DNA of 64,000 nt from NCBI RefSeq assembly GCF_006345805.1, contig NW_021833078.1:1-64000 (forward strand), read 5' to 3'. How positions within the stretch are numbered: position 1 is the first letter of the stretch; each line of letters begins with the position of its first letter. This DNA comes from Octopus sinensis (lineage: Eukaryota). Below, piece by piece: positions 1 through 13,391 of this stretch. Position numbers and translations under genes: made by a program. A model generated the notes under the pieces. That model was given only the letters and a program-made list of their open reading frames with translations, had not been told where the DNA came from and made no database searches.

Positions 1-420
1 TTTAAGTAATTCCAAATAATAGTCTTTATAAAGTTTGTACAGATTTCCAGTCTTATCAGATTGAATCAACATAGTATCCATAGAATTGATTTCTTTGATG
101 ATGTTGCGAAGATACCTTAGTTGTTTATTTCTTAGTGGTGATCGTTGAAATTTTACATTTCTCACAATGGACCAGAGATCATCTTCAAATTGCTTCAATC
201 TTGGGTTAGGCGGCGGACTATTTTTAGATTTAAATAACTTGTTGAACTCAGATGTTTTATCATTAGTGTGTTGTTGAGTGTCATTTTTGTCAAAGAAAAA
301 GGTAAGCGATCTTATTTGGTTGATGAATGAATTTATCTTATTGACAAGTTGTTTAAGGAAAACATTCTTAGGTGGAATAGGAATGTCCTTAAGAGATGCG
401 TTAATATTCAATAACTCCAT
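1..420 (-). CDS. N-terminal part of a Penelope-like element ORF (Hydra-clade-like), open to the window edge; missing from the ORF track
   Basis: Manual translation from ATG at 420, no stop in 140 codons: MELLNINASLKDIPIPPKNVFLKQLVNKINSFINQIRSLTFFF...FKSKNSPPPNPRLKQFEDDLWSIVRNVKFQ...MLIQSDKTGNLYKL. Matches PLE N-terminal motifs as I recall them (SxKNIPIP, KSxxxPP, FExDL, DKTxNLY). Confidence 0.85.
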   Translation of the reverse strand, partial: MELLNINASLKDIPIPPKNVFLKQLVNKINSFINQIRSLTFFFDKNDTQQHTNDKTSEFNKLFKSKNSPPPNPRLKQFEDDLWSIVRNVKFQRSPLRNKQLRYLRNIIKEINSMDTMLIQSDKTGNLYKLYKDYYLELLK

Positions 421-464
421 ATGCTGTAACTATTCAGTTAGCAGGTTATTAATAAACCTGATAA

Positions 465-2080
465 AGCCCAACTTTTTAGATATTACGCTTAATTTACACA
501 GTGACTCTTACTTCCCATATCGTAAACCGTTGACCAATCTTAAGTACATTAGCAAATTTAGTAATCATCCTGGAGCAATTACTAAGAACTTAATTAAGAA
601 TATTTCATTTAAATTATCTAAATTATCTGCTAATGTTGATATTTTCAATAATAACGCTGAATTCTATAATTCTGCCTTAATCAAAGCAGGTTATACAGAG
701 AAAATTTTCTACATTGATTGTCTAATTGTAAATTCAATAATGTAGATAAGATTTCTAGTCGTAAAAGAATTATTGATAACAAACATAACTTACGCACCAA
801 TACAAAGCGAATGAAGGCAGATAACCCTTATTTAATCCCCTATTATCGATCTAAAAGTAAATATAACACCATCAAAAGTAATTACGCTATGAATACTAGT
901 AAAAATATTTGGTTAATAATTCCTTACGGGAGACAAATTAAATCTAATCTCCCACTGCTGTTTCGTCAAGCTATTGCTAGGAATTTTCCAAACAATTCTA
1001 GATATTACTCTATAATCAATTCACATAAGGTTAGGATAGGTTTTTCAAACACAAAATATCTCTTGCAAATTAGCTCTTCTCGTAATAACAAACTGTTAAA
1101 TATTAATACATTTACTTATACTAACATTAATTTAGCTAATACCATCCAACCCTCTAGAAATATTAATAACAAGGTTATCGTATCTGAAGTCAATTCCAAT
1201 AGAATTAAGTTTATGTCAAGTAACTCTAAGATTAAAAATTCTATATACCAATGTATAATCAGTACTCGTAATAAAGTACGATTTTACATTGGAAGCACAT
1301 CGTTAGAGTTATCTAAAAGAATTTCTATCCATTACTCAGCATTTAGGGATAGAAATAAACGGAATAGTACCAGTCACAGCAAACTGATTTGGGATTTAAA
1401 ATACCACAATGAACAATTTCATTTAGAATGGTTGATCCTCTCAATTTCGATACCATATGACAAAAGCAAGAAATTCTGTCTTCTCTGCAATTCTGAGCTA
1501 TTTTTCATTATTTTTTCTAAAAATACTCTAGTAAACACGGTTATAGAGCGAGCATACAGATGTAAGCATTGGCAAAAACATACATTTAGTGCATATAAGT
1601 AGTCTCTATCATTATATATAATTTAAACTTTAATTTCCTTTATATTTAACATTCACTATTAATATCCCTACTCTTTCTGTTAGCTACTTATGACGTTATA
1701 TCATATAACGTTTTTTAAACAATATTAATGGCGTTCTGTCTATCGCTATACAAATCCATCATTTTTTGCTAAAATGTCTTATTGACGAGTTTCGTTTTTT
1801 TCACTATCCTGAGGAGAAGATTGCATTGTTTATACCATTTATTCTTTTGAATAGTATCAGTGGAATTTTCGAAACATGTTTCGAAAGTAAATATATTTGA
1901 TTACACCTGCGTTACCTCCATTTTTTTATCATATTATTCAAAATATTCGACGTAAACACGAGTTCCTACCTTTATAACAAGGAGTTACAACACCTTTACT
2001 TGTGAGATTTTTGCTGCCCCGGTAACTATTTATTTATTTTTCCGTGTTAATTGTTAACAAGGTAAAATACACTAATCGAT
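465..2080 (+). mobile_element. PLE 3' half: RT thumb (NFLDITLNL...YRKP...SNHP), frameshift, linker, GIY-YIG endonuclease, then 3' UTR/pseudo-LTR
   Basis: ORF 278-745 tail NFLDITLNLHSDSYFPYRKPLTNLKYISKFSNHP. ORF 718-1602 has SIYQC..FYIGST..KRISIH..LIWDLK..CLLC..E..RCKH. The overlap near 720-745 implies a frameshift. Confidence 0.85.
1803..1888 (+). ncRNA. Hammerhead ribozyme-like motif (type I, long stem II) in the PLE 3' region; probably damaged
   Basis: actatc-CTGAGGA(1809-1815)-gaagatt...aattttc-GAAA(1871-1874)-CATG-tt-TC-gaaagt. Extended stem II (cattg/cagtg, atac/gtat, tattc/gaata). Two extra T before the cleavage site. Confidence 0.55.
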
Positions 2081-2084
2081 TTAT

Positions 2085-2103
2085 ATACATAGATATATAT
2101 ATA

Positions 2104-2142
<39 letters not shown>

Positions 2143-2471
2143 ATATATATACATAAATATATATATACATAAATATATATATACATAAATATATATACAT
2201 ATATATATATATACATGAATATATATATACATAAATTATATCTATACATAAATATATATACATATATATATACTATATATATACCTATATATATATACAT
2301 ATATATAATACATATATATATATACATATATATATATTACATATATATATACATATATATATACATATATATATACATATATATACATATATATACATAT
2401 ATATATATATACATATACATATATATACATATATATAATATACATATACATATATATATATATCTATATAC

Positions 2472-2502
<31 letters not shown>

Positions 2503-2678
2503 ACATATCTAATATACATATATATATATATAATACATATATATATATACATATAGATATATATATACATATATATATACATATATATATACATATTATA
2601 TATATATACATATATATATACATATATATATATATCATATATATATACATATATTAATATATATACATATATATATAC

Positions 2679-2709
<31 letters not shown>

Positions 2710-2861
2710 CATATATATATACATATATATATATATATACATATATTATATATATATACATATATATACATATACATATATACATATACATATATACATA
2801 TATATACATATATATATACATATATATATACATATATATATATACATATATATTTTTTTAC

Positions 2862-2892
<31 letters not shown>

Positions 2893-2903
2893 TATATACA
2901 TAT
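2085..2903. repeat. (TA)n/(TACA)n compound microsatellite
   Basis: Direct inspection; the long Y/I/M ORFs here are artefacts. Confidence 0.97.
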
Positions 2904-5057
2904 CCTTAAATCCTTAAAAATGTTTTAGCCCGAAGGCCGCGGCCATGCTGGGGCACCACCGCTGAATGAGCTACATTAGTTTGTGAATCCACCTCTGATA
3001 CGTGGCACTTGATCAACAAGGGAGTTCGATGCTGCTGCCCGCATCCGCGTCTCCTGTCGTGAGGTAGGTTCATCTGGGACTCCGAACGAGAAGAGATCCA
3101 GTTTAGTTTTAAAGAAACCCACATCCACACCATGTAAGTCTCTCAGGCATTTAGGGAGGATGTTAAAGAGCTGTGGTTCTCTGAAACCCAAGCTGTTGCA
3201 GTATCTGGACCTGTATTTTGATGGTGATGTTGGAATCCTTGCACCACGCAGCGGCGCCCCGTTCTGCGGTTGGAGTAACTTTGAATGCCAAAGTTTGGGA
3301 CAAGACCCTCCAGGATTTTCCAGATGTATATCACTGCATATCTCCCCGCCTCCGCTCTAGCGAGAAGAGGTTTAATACCTTCAGTCTTTCCCAGTAGCTG
3401 ATATTTTGCATTGAGACGATTTTCTTTGTGTAGCTTCTCTGAATTGCTTCGAGTTCTGCTGTTGTTTTATATTGTGTGGTGACCAAAGTTGGGAGCAGTA
3501 GTCCAAGCGGCTGAGGACGAATGTTTTCCATAGGACCATCAGTGTCTCCTTCTCTCTTGTTCTGAAAGTTCGGAGAATCCATCCAGCTAGCCGTCTGCAT
3601 TTTATCACCAGATTAGCAATATGCATTTGGAAAGATGCATCATTGCTCATGTCAATGCCCAGGTCACGCACTGATTTTGACTCAGGGATTGCAATTCTTC
3701 CTGGGCCAGTGTATCCAGTCTTCACGTCATTTACCTTTGTGTGCCAGTAGCGCAGGGCCTGGAACTTACCTGCATTAAACTGCATGTTGTTGTCCTCAGC
3801 CCACCTGTATATTGTGTCCAGCTCATGTTGCAGATGCGCAATATTTTCAGGGTTTTGTATTGCGTGGGAGACTTTTGTGTCATCTGCATAGCTAGCAAGG
3901 GTGGTCATCGTAGCAACTGAAGGCATGTCTGAAAGGGCCACTATGAACATCAGTGGCCCCAAGACAGTGCCCTGTGGACACCGCTTGTTATTTGCGTTTC
4001 CTTGGAGGTGGCTCCATTGCTCACAACTGCCTGTTTTCTGTCTTTTAGGAAATTGTGCAGCCACTCTCCAAGTTTCCCGCCTATGCCGAGACCACGCAGT
4101 TTGTGACAGATCATACCATGGTCGACTTTATCAAAGGCTTTTGCAAAGTCGAGATATATTACATCCACATTTGAGCCATTTAGTAGCTGTTTCAACACCC
4201 AGTCATAGTGTTGCAGGAGCTGTGTTAGGCAGCCTCTACCTGGTCGAAATCCATGCTGGGTGTCAGACAGCAAGTCATTTTCTTCAAGGAACATGATTAG
4301 TTTCTTACGGACTATTCGTTCATGACTTTGCTGATGTGGTGAGGTCAGAGAGATAGGCCTATAATTTTTAGCATCTGCTCTGCTACCTCCCTTATGGATA
4401 GGGCATATTACCCCCTCTTTCAATTTGACTAGGAGCTTACCACTTGCAAGAAAGCTCTGAAAAAGAAGCTGTAGCGGTTTTGCAAGGGCTCGTTTGCACG
4501 ATTTGAGAAGGATCGCTGGGAATCCATCAGGTCCAGCAGCTGAGTTTGTGTCAATCTCATCAATGGCTAGTGTGATATCATCATCTTCGATGTTGATGTA
4601 CTCAATTTTTGTCTCTTGGCCGCAGGTAAAGTGGCAAAGAATTCTTCTGGGTTGTTTACTTGCCTGTGTCCTAGAGGTGTAGTGAACACACTTTGGAACT
4701 GTTCGTTCAGTATTACACTTATCCTCGTGGGATTTCCTGTGAGAGAGCCATCTTTTTGGAAGAGAGGTCCTATTCTCTGGTGCACTTGGGCTGTCTCTTT
4801 GGCAAACTTAAAGAAAGCTTTAGGGTTTGATTTTCTATTTTCTTACCCAAGCTTCTTTATCTGCTCTCCTCCTTTCATGGGACTGATGTAGACTTTTCTC
4901 AGTTTCCATTAGCATTCTTTCGAGCCGAGACTTCTCACCACTTTTGGTGTGCTTGCTCAGGCGGTTTGCAATCCTTGTCCGTCGTCTCATAAGAATCCTC
5001 CTTTCTCTAGGGATCCTGTTTTTGTTCTTGTGTGTGCTGGCCCTGCACACTGGGACA
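2904..5057 (-). mobile_element. 5'-truncated CR1-like LINE (ORF2 RT region, frameshifted) with (AAGGATTT)n tail
   Basis: KGGSRADAKNYRPISLTS, YLDFAKAFDKVDHG, PQGTVLGP, YADDTK, SRLDYCSQLWSP split over ORFs 4835-5191, 4567-4785, 3950-4423, 3381-4064, 3331-3600 and 2976-3191. Confidence 0.9.
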
Positions 5058-5252
5058 TATTTGTCACATATATATATACATATATATATACATATATATA
5101 TACATATATATATATATATACATTTATATATAGAGGGCATTATTATACATACATGCCACACGCTAAGAGGGACATTAGTCATTTCTACCAAAAATTTTAC
5201 TACTCATACCCAATGCAATTTTTCAAAGCAAGACATTTAAAAAAATGAATTT

Positions 5253-5314
5253 AGTCTTGTATCACCTGTGATTTCGTACTTACCACAGTTGCGACCGTAC
5301 TCATCAGCAAGACT
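5253..5314 (-). ncRNA. Canonical type I hammerhead ribozyme
   Basis: Minus strand: AGTCTTG-CTGATGA-GTAC(17 nt loop)GTAC-GAAA-TCA(CAGG)TGA-TA-CAAGACT. Perfect 7-bp stem I, 4-bp stem II, closed stem III, AUA cleavage triplet (cut between 5260 and 5259). Confidence 0.9.
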
Positions 5315-5472
5315 GATTCTGAACATATCATAAATAAACGACCTGTACCGCCAAAGCCGAACAGCCATCTGTTCCACTCCAACGAAGCACATGGGGAAGT
5401 TTACATATAATACATCCGGTAAATGGCAGGCTTCTTCGAATTGCATTTCGGATAGGAAACGTTTTTTCGGAA

Positions 5473-5595
5473 TAAAATTATTTAACAATTAAGAATAACC
5501 TCTTAATAAGGAATCTTAACAAGAAATTATCTACCTAATAATTTCTTGTTAAGATTCCTTATTAAGAGGTTATCTTTAATTGTTAAATAATTTTA
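5473..5595. repeat. Fold-back palindrome, about 58-bp arms, 7-nt loop
   Basis: taaaattatttaacaattaagaataacctcttaataaggaatcttaacaagaaattat / ctaccta / reverse complement with 2 mismatches. Confidence 0.95.
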
Positions 5596-6109
5596 TATAT
5601 ATATACATATATATATATACACATATATATATACATATATATACATATATATTATATACATATATACATATATATACATATATATACATATATATACATA
5701 TACATATTATACATATACATATAAACATATACATATACACATATACATATACATATACATATTATACATATACATATATATACATACACATATATATATA
5801 CATATACATATATATACATACACATATATATACATATATATACATACATATACATATATATATATATACATATACATATATATATATATACATATACATA
5901 TATACATATACATATATATATATACATATCATATATATATACATATATATATATACATATACATAATATATATATACATATATATATATACATATATATA
6001 CATATATATGTATACATATATATAATATACATATATATATACATATATATATATATACATATATATACATATATATATATATATACATATATATACATAT
6101 TATATATAC

Positions 6110-6196
<87 letters not shown>

Positions 6197-6291
6197 CATA
6201 CATATATAATATATATACATATATATATACATATATATATATATATATTATATATATATATATATAATATATATATATACATATATATATA

Positions 6292-6325
<34 letters not shown>

Positions 6326-6439
6326 TATATACATATATATATACATTATATATATACATATATATATACATATATATATCTACATATATATATATATAAT
6401 ATATATACATATATATATATATATATACATATATAATAC

Positions 6440-6470
<31 letters not shown>

Positions 6471-6558
6471 CATATATATATGTATACATATATAATATAT
6501 ATACATATATACATATATATTATATACATATATATATATACATACATATATATATATT
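5596..6558. repeat. (TA)n/(TACA)n compound microsatellite
   Basis: Direct inspection. Confidence 0.97.
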
Positions 6559-7707
6559 TGATTGATTTTGATTTTGATTTTTCCAGTTTCAGCTAATGAG
6601 CTGTGGCCATGCTGGGGTACCGCCATTTGCTTTGCTACATGATTTTACCTCACGAATGCTTTTTAGCCACTGCCATTTGGTGCATGAGAGAGTTCGATGC
6701 AGCTGCTCTCATCTGCACCTCCTGTCGTGAAGTTGGTTCATCTGGGATACCTGACAAGAAGAGATCCAGTTTCATTTTAAAGACATCTGCATCCACCCCA
6801 TGCAGGACTCTTAGGTTCTTCGGGAGGATATTGAAGAGCTGTGGGCCTCGGAAGCCCAGGCTACCACAGTATCTTGTCCTACAACTTGATGGCAAATTTG
6901 GAGTCCTAGGCACCACGCAGTGGCGCCCAGTTCTGGCATTTGTGTAACTCTCGATGCCAAAGTTTGGGACAAGTCCTTCCAGGATCTTCCAGATGTATAT
7001 TATGGCATATCTTTCTCGCCTACGCTCCAAGGAATAGAGTTTTAATCTCTTGAGTCTTTCCCAGTAGCTTATATGCTGCACAGAGGCTATCTTCTTCATG
7101 TAGTTACGTTGGATCGCCTCAAGTTCTGTGATCAACTTGACACTGGATGGTGACCATAGCGCGAGAGCAATAGTCAAAGTGGCTTAGGACAAGTGTCCTC
7201 CAGAGGACCATCATGGTTTCTTGTTCTCTTGTTCTAAAGGCTCTAAGAATCCATCGGGCCAGTCGTCTACATTTCATTGCCAATTTAGCAACATGTACAC
7301 GAAAGGTTGCGTCATCACTCATGTAAATACCCAGGTCACGCACTGAATGTGCCTCTGGGATTGCAATTCCTACGGGTCCAGTGTATTCATTGGGTATTGC
7401 ATTTACTTTTGCATGCTGATAGCATAAAGCTTGAAACTTTTCAGCATTGAACTGCATGCTATTCTTTTCAGCCACTTGTATATTTTGTCCAGCTCACGTT
7501 GCAGTCGTTTAGTGTCTTCAGGGTTCTGTATTGCCTGTGAAACTTTTGTATCATCTGCATAACTTGTGATCGTGATTCTCTGCGTGGCTGGGGCATGACT
7601 GAGAGGGCCTTTATGAACAGTAGTGGTCCCAAAACAGTGCCCTGCGGAACACCGCTCACTATTTGCGTGTTAATGGAAGTGGCCCCATTGGCTACTAACA
7701 CTTGACT
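6559..7707 (-). mobile_element. CR1-like LINE 3' fragment, same subfamily as 42932-45870, (AAATC)n tail
   Basis: SQVLVANGATS..SGVPQGTVLGP, FNAEKFQAL, SYWERLKRLKLYSLERRRERY; 3' end ggcggtaccccagcatggccacagctcattagctgaaac. Confidence 0.9.
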
Positions 7708-7711
7708 TCTA

Positions 7712-7743
<32 letters not shown>

Positions 7744-8425
7744 TAATATATAATATATACATAAATATATATACATATATATATACATATATATATATAT
7801 AATAAATATATATATATACATTTATATTATATATATACATATATTATACATATATATATACTATATATACACATATATATATATACATATATATACATAT
7901 ATATATATACATATATATACACATATATATATACATATATATACACATATATATACATATATATACACATATATATATACATATTATATACATATATATA
8001 TACATATATATATATATACATATATATATATATCTATACATATATATCTATACATATATATATATATACATATATATACATATATATATATATACATATA
8101 TATACATATATATATATACATATATATACATATATATATACATATATATATACATATATATATACATATATTTATACATATATACATACATATATATATA
8201 TATATATACATACATATATATATATATACATACATATATATATACATACATATATATATATATACATACATACATATATATATATATACATACATACATA
8301 TATATATATATATACATACATATATATATACATATATATACATATATATATATACACATATAGATACATGTATATATATACATATATATATACATATAAT
8401 ATATACATATATATATACAATATAT

Positions 8426-8498
<73 letters not shown>
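7708..8498. repeat. (TA)n/(TACA)n compound microsatellite
   Basis: Direct inspection. Confidence 0.97.
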
Positions 8499-8499
<1 letters not shown>

Positions 8500-8500
<1 letters not shown>

Positions 8501-11500
8501 CTTTTCACCGCTCTCACGGCAACCACCACAATTATCATCATCATCATCACCACCGCTGCCACCATCATCTTCTATCACCAAAAATACCAACAAAAAAAAC
8601 AAATAAGAAACCACTGCTCTCTTCCCCCACATCACCACCTCAATACTACTGCAGTAACAAAAACTTAAAGAAACATATGAAGCAGACTGCGCCCCCCACG
8701 GCACAAACAAGAAACCCCAAAATATGCCGCTATTCACTGCCCCAAAGACTCTGCACAAATAGTGACTGCATCTTCACGCATCTACCTGGCACTAGACGCA
8801 CTACCGGCCAAGGCCAAAGCACGCATCCCACAATAACATCAACACCACCAAATAGTAAATCTAAATTCTAAACACACACAACTCGGATTCCCAAAATCTG
8901 CCGGTATTTCCAACGTGAGAGAATATGTCTGCTGAGTGACTGTCCCTTCACTCATCTTCCAGGGACCCGACGCACAAACAGAAACGGGGCTTCAAGCCAA
9001 CACACAAACCTGAATAAAAATAAAAGTAAAAACACACCATGCTGCAGTAATGCTGGTCCAGTCTTTGCAGGAAGACACAAAAACAACAACAACAAAAGTG
9101 GAAACTACAACCCTATCCAACAGTGCAACCACACCTCCAGCCAAAAACTGCTCCCTAAGCAGGAAAATTCTTTTTTAGCCATGTTGAACATGGCAAAAGA
9201 GATACACAAAAATATTCTAGCCATCACTCAACACCATCCTATGCTATTACCCCAGTGCACCAATTCCCCACCTTGCTGCCACTAACACACACAAAAAATC
9301 CAAGCCCCCTGCAACAGTCAAAACCAGCCACTACACTAACCTCACATTTCTACTCAATGCACAAGGTGTCAGCCCTTCCATCAATGCACAAAAATGGAAG
9401 GTCCAATTCATTGAAGACTGGGTTGGTAACCATCCACACCACATCCCTTTCTTCATTCTCACTGAGACCCACCTTGACAACTCCCACTTGGAAGCCGAAG
9501 TGAGAGTGAAGAATTTCACAACCATCCGCGCGGATCGTATCGGCAGAAGGAAGGGTGGAACTGCCATTTTCCTGCATGATTCGTTCACGGCAGATGGAAA
9601 AAATATATTCTCCAACGGCTACGGTGAATCAGTCACCGTGCACAACAAAGCCAATGACCTGACAGTAATTGGGCTCTATAGGCCGCCCTAAACACCCATA
9701 CTGTGCTTTAAAGAATGCCTCAACAGCATTAAGTGCTTTATTCAACAGTGCCATTCTAGCAACCTACTCATGATGGAAGACTTCAATCTACCCTGTGTTG
9801 ACTGGACTACAAACTGTTTGAAACCAAGCACTCCCGCCTCAACCGCTGACAAAGAAGCAGCAGAGTCACTTTTCGACTTTACGAATGAGTTTTTCTTGTC
9901 CCAACTTGTCCTTGCACCAACAAGACATCAGAAGAACATTTGGACCTAGTGTTTAGTGACCACACTAACACTATACATAACGTTACAGTGGAAAAAAACC
10001 CTTCTTTCAGACCATGATATGGTTCTCTGTAACATGAAATTCCACCAGCAGAAAGCTAATCCTAGTGACCTCCCTCCAGCCCACCCATTTGACAACATGG
10101 ATCTCCATAATGCCAACTGGGATGCAATCAGGAACGAGCTATCACATGTTGACTGGTCCTTTACACATACATACATCTCCACCAACCATAAAACATCTTG
10201 GCAGATCTTTGTGGACACCGTCACAGACACATGTGCAAAACACTCCCCACCAAGACCTGTGAACAAAAAGTGCAGAATCCCCCAAAACAGAAAAACCATT
10301 ATCAGAAAAATAAAAAGAACAAACAAAAAAATTAACAAACTAAAGTACTGCCAACAGCAACACACACATTCGACGGTTATCACACTGCTTGAATCCAAAA
10401 AATATAACCTCCAACAATGCATGAAGACCCTCATCAATAACCAAAGATCAGCTGAGGAGAAGTGGGCCATTGAAAAAATCAAACTCAACCCCAAAGTGTT
10501 CTTTTCATTTGCGAGGAAACGCAGGGTCACTGTCTCCATTGTTGGCCCTCTAATTGATGAAACTGGCACTCTCCAAGATAATGCCAAATCCATGGCCGAG
10601 ATACTGCAGAAACAATACTGCTCTGTTTTCAGTAATCCTGATATGGCCGATCTGGGCTGTATCAGTGATGTCAACCCCCAACACACTATATCGGACATAA
10701 CGTTTAGTGCCCCTGATGTCTTAGCGGCGATAAACGAAATAAAACACAATTCAGCATTAGGCCCCGATAGGTTCCCTGCTTGTGTCCTGAAGATGTGTCG
10801 ACACCAACTTGCATCTCCCCTTGCTAATCTGTGGAGAAACTCACTGGATGCTGGCTATATTCCAAAAAACCTTCTGTCCCAGTCTGTTGTCCCAGTTTTC
10901 AAAAAGGGAAACAAGTCCCTTGCAGTGAACTACCGTCCGATCTCACTCACCTCTCATATCATCAAGGTATTTGAGAGGGTGGTGAGATCTCGAATAACCC
11001 AATTTCTGGAATGTAACAGACGGCTGATCTCTAACCAACATGGGTTCCGTAATGGAAGGGACTGCCTAACGCAGCTCCTGCATCACTTTGATGACATTTT
11101 GAGAGCTTTGGGAGAGGGCTCCAACACCGATGTCATCTACCTTGATTTCAGTAAGGCCTTCGACAGGGTCGATCACAAGATCCTATTGAAAAAACTATCC
11201 AACATTGGTGTCTCTGGAAAGTTACTGAAATGGATCAAGTGTTTCCTGACAGACAGATCTCAACATGTTGTAGTTGAAGGGGTAAAATCAAGCCCAGCCA
11301 AAGTCAGTAGTGGCGTTCTGCAAGGCACTGTGCTGGGCCCACTTCTTTTCATCATCTACATTAATAACATTAATGACATCATCAAGCACAGCAACATAAA
11401 AATCTTTGCAGATGATTCCAAGCTACAGAAGGCCATAAATGAGGCGAGTGACCGGACATGCCTTCAGTCAGATCTACTGGCTGTATCCAATGGGCAGAAA

Positions 11501-12376
11501 AAAACAATATGCTGCTGAACGAGGATAAATTTGAGCTAATCCACTTTGGAAAAGAGGATGCCCTGAAACTCCCATACTCCCTTCCTTCAGGTGAAACTCT
11601 CGCGGCGTCCAACAACATCAGAGACTTGGGAGTAATTGTGGACAACAACACAAGCTGGGCCACTCATATAAACACCAAAGTTGACATGGCCCGCAAAATG
11701 TGTTCCTGGATTCTCAGAACTTTCCAGTCGAGAGATATCCACACCATTATCCTTCTCTTCTCCACTTTTGCCCGACCCCACCTTGAATACTGTTGTCCAC
11801 TGTGATCTCCCCACACAATACAAAGTATCATAAAAGTTGAAGCACCTCAAAGGGCAATCACAAAAAGATAGATGGCATGACAGGCCTCGACTATTGGGGT
11901 CGACTAGAAAAGCTAAAACTTTATTCTCTCCAACGTCGTCGTGAGCGCTACATCAGCTGAATGATGTGGAAAATATTCCATCAGCTTTGCCCAAATGATG
12001 TTGGCATAACCTTTAAGGTACATCCAAGGCTTTGGCCCCGTGCCATCCGCCCAAAACAAAAATCGCACTCTCATCTCATAACAACAATACGGCACAATTA
12101 TTTCACCTCAATTGGCCCCGCTCTCTTTAACATTACACCAAAACACATTAAAACAGAAACTGACCCTATGAGGTTCAAGAAGTCTTTGGACAGATTCCTT
12201 CAATAAATCCCGGATAAACCCCCTACACCCGGATATGTCTCTGTAAACAATAACTCTCTACTTGAGTGGGCCATAGTGCACAAATTCTGACTTGAAAGAC
12301 ATCACCAGGTGGTGCTATTAAGTTAGACATGGCCTGGGCCAATAATGGCCGAAACCTATCAAAGTATCAAAGTAAG
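8500..12376 (+). mobile_element. Near full-length CR1-like LINE (second subfamily): ORF1 remnant with CCCH fingers, APE endonuclease, RT; disrupted; (ATCAAAGT)n tail
   Basis: ORF1 PKICRY..C....C...HLPGT twice; EN LTETHLD/IRADR..RKGG..A/GLYRPP/SDH; RT NYRPISLTSH, YLDFSKAFDRVDH, QGTVLGPLLF, FADDSK; 3' catggcctgggccaataatggccgaaac. Confidence 0.92.
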
Positions 12377-12394
12377 TATATACATATATATATA

Positions 12395-12471
<77 letters not shown>

Positions 12472-12495
12472 TATACATATATATACATATATATA

Positions 12496-12597
<102 letters not shown>

Positions 12598-12600
12598 CAT

Positions 12601-13391
12601 ACAGTGTGCTGGGACCACTTCTTTTCATCATTTACATTAATGACATTAATGACATCATCAAGCACAGCAACATAAAAATCTTTGCAGTTGACTCCAAGCT
12701 ACAGAAGGTCATAAATGAGGCGAGTGACCGGACATGCCTTCAGTCAGATCTACTGGCTGTTATCCAATGGGCAGAAAAAAACAATATGCTGCTGAACGAG
12801 GATAAATTTGAGCTAATCCACTTTGGAAAAGAGGATGCCCTGAAACTCCCATACTCCCTTCCTTCAGGTGAAACTCTCGCGGCGTCCAACAACATCAGAG
12901 ACTTGGGAGTAATTGTGGACAACAACATAAGCTAGGCCACTCATATAAACACCAAAGTTGACATGGCCCGCAGAATGTGTTCCTGGATTCTCAGAACTTT
13001 CCAGTCGAGAGATATCCACACCATTATCCTTCTCTTCTCCACTTTTGCCCGACCCCACCTTGAATACTGTTGTCCACTGTGGTCTCCCCACACAATACAA
13101 GGTATCATAAAAGTTGAAGCACCTCAAAGGGCAATCACAAAAAAGATAGATGGCATGACAGGCCTCGACTATTGGGGTCGACTAGAAAAGCTAAAACTCT
13201 ATTCTCTCCAACGTCGTCGTGAGCGCTACATCATCTGCATGATGTGGAAAATATTCCATCAGCATTGCCCAAATGATGTTGGCATAACCTTTAAGGTACA
13301 TCCAAGGCTTGGGCCCCGTGCCATCCGCCCAAAACAAAAATCGCACTCTCATCTCATAACAACAATACGGCACAATTATTTCACCTCAAGA
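12601..13391 (+). mobile_element. Second, nearly identical RT-region copy of the preceding CR1-like LINE, truncated at both ends
   Basis: 12601-13391 aligns to about 11327-12111; ORF 12963-13439 continues the RT C-terminus. Confidence 0.92.

Noticed and set aside
278-465. N-terminal 60 aa of ORF 278-745 as a real protein
   Set aside because: It is the antisense of the true minus-strand PLE ORF; only the part from NFLD onward is homologous to RT.
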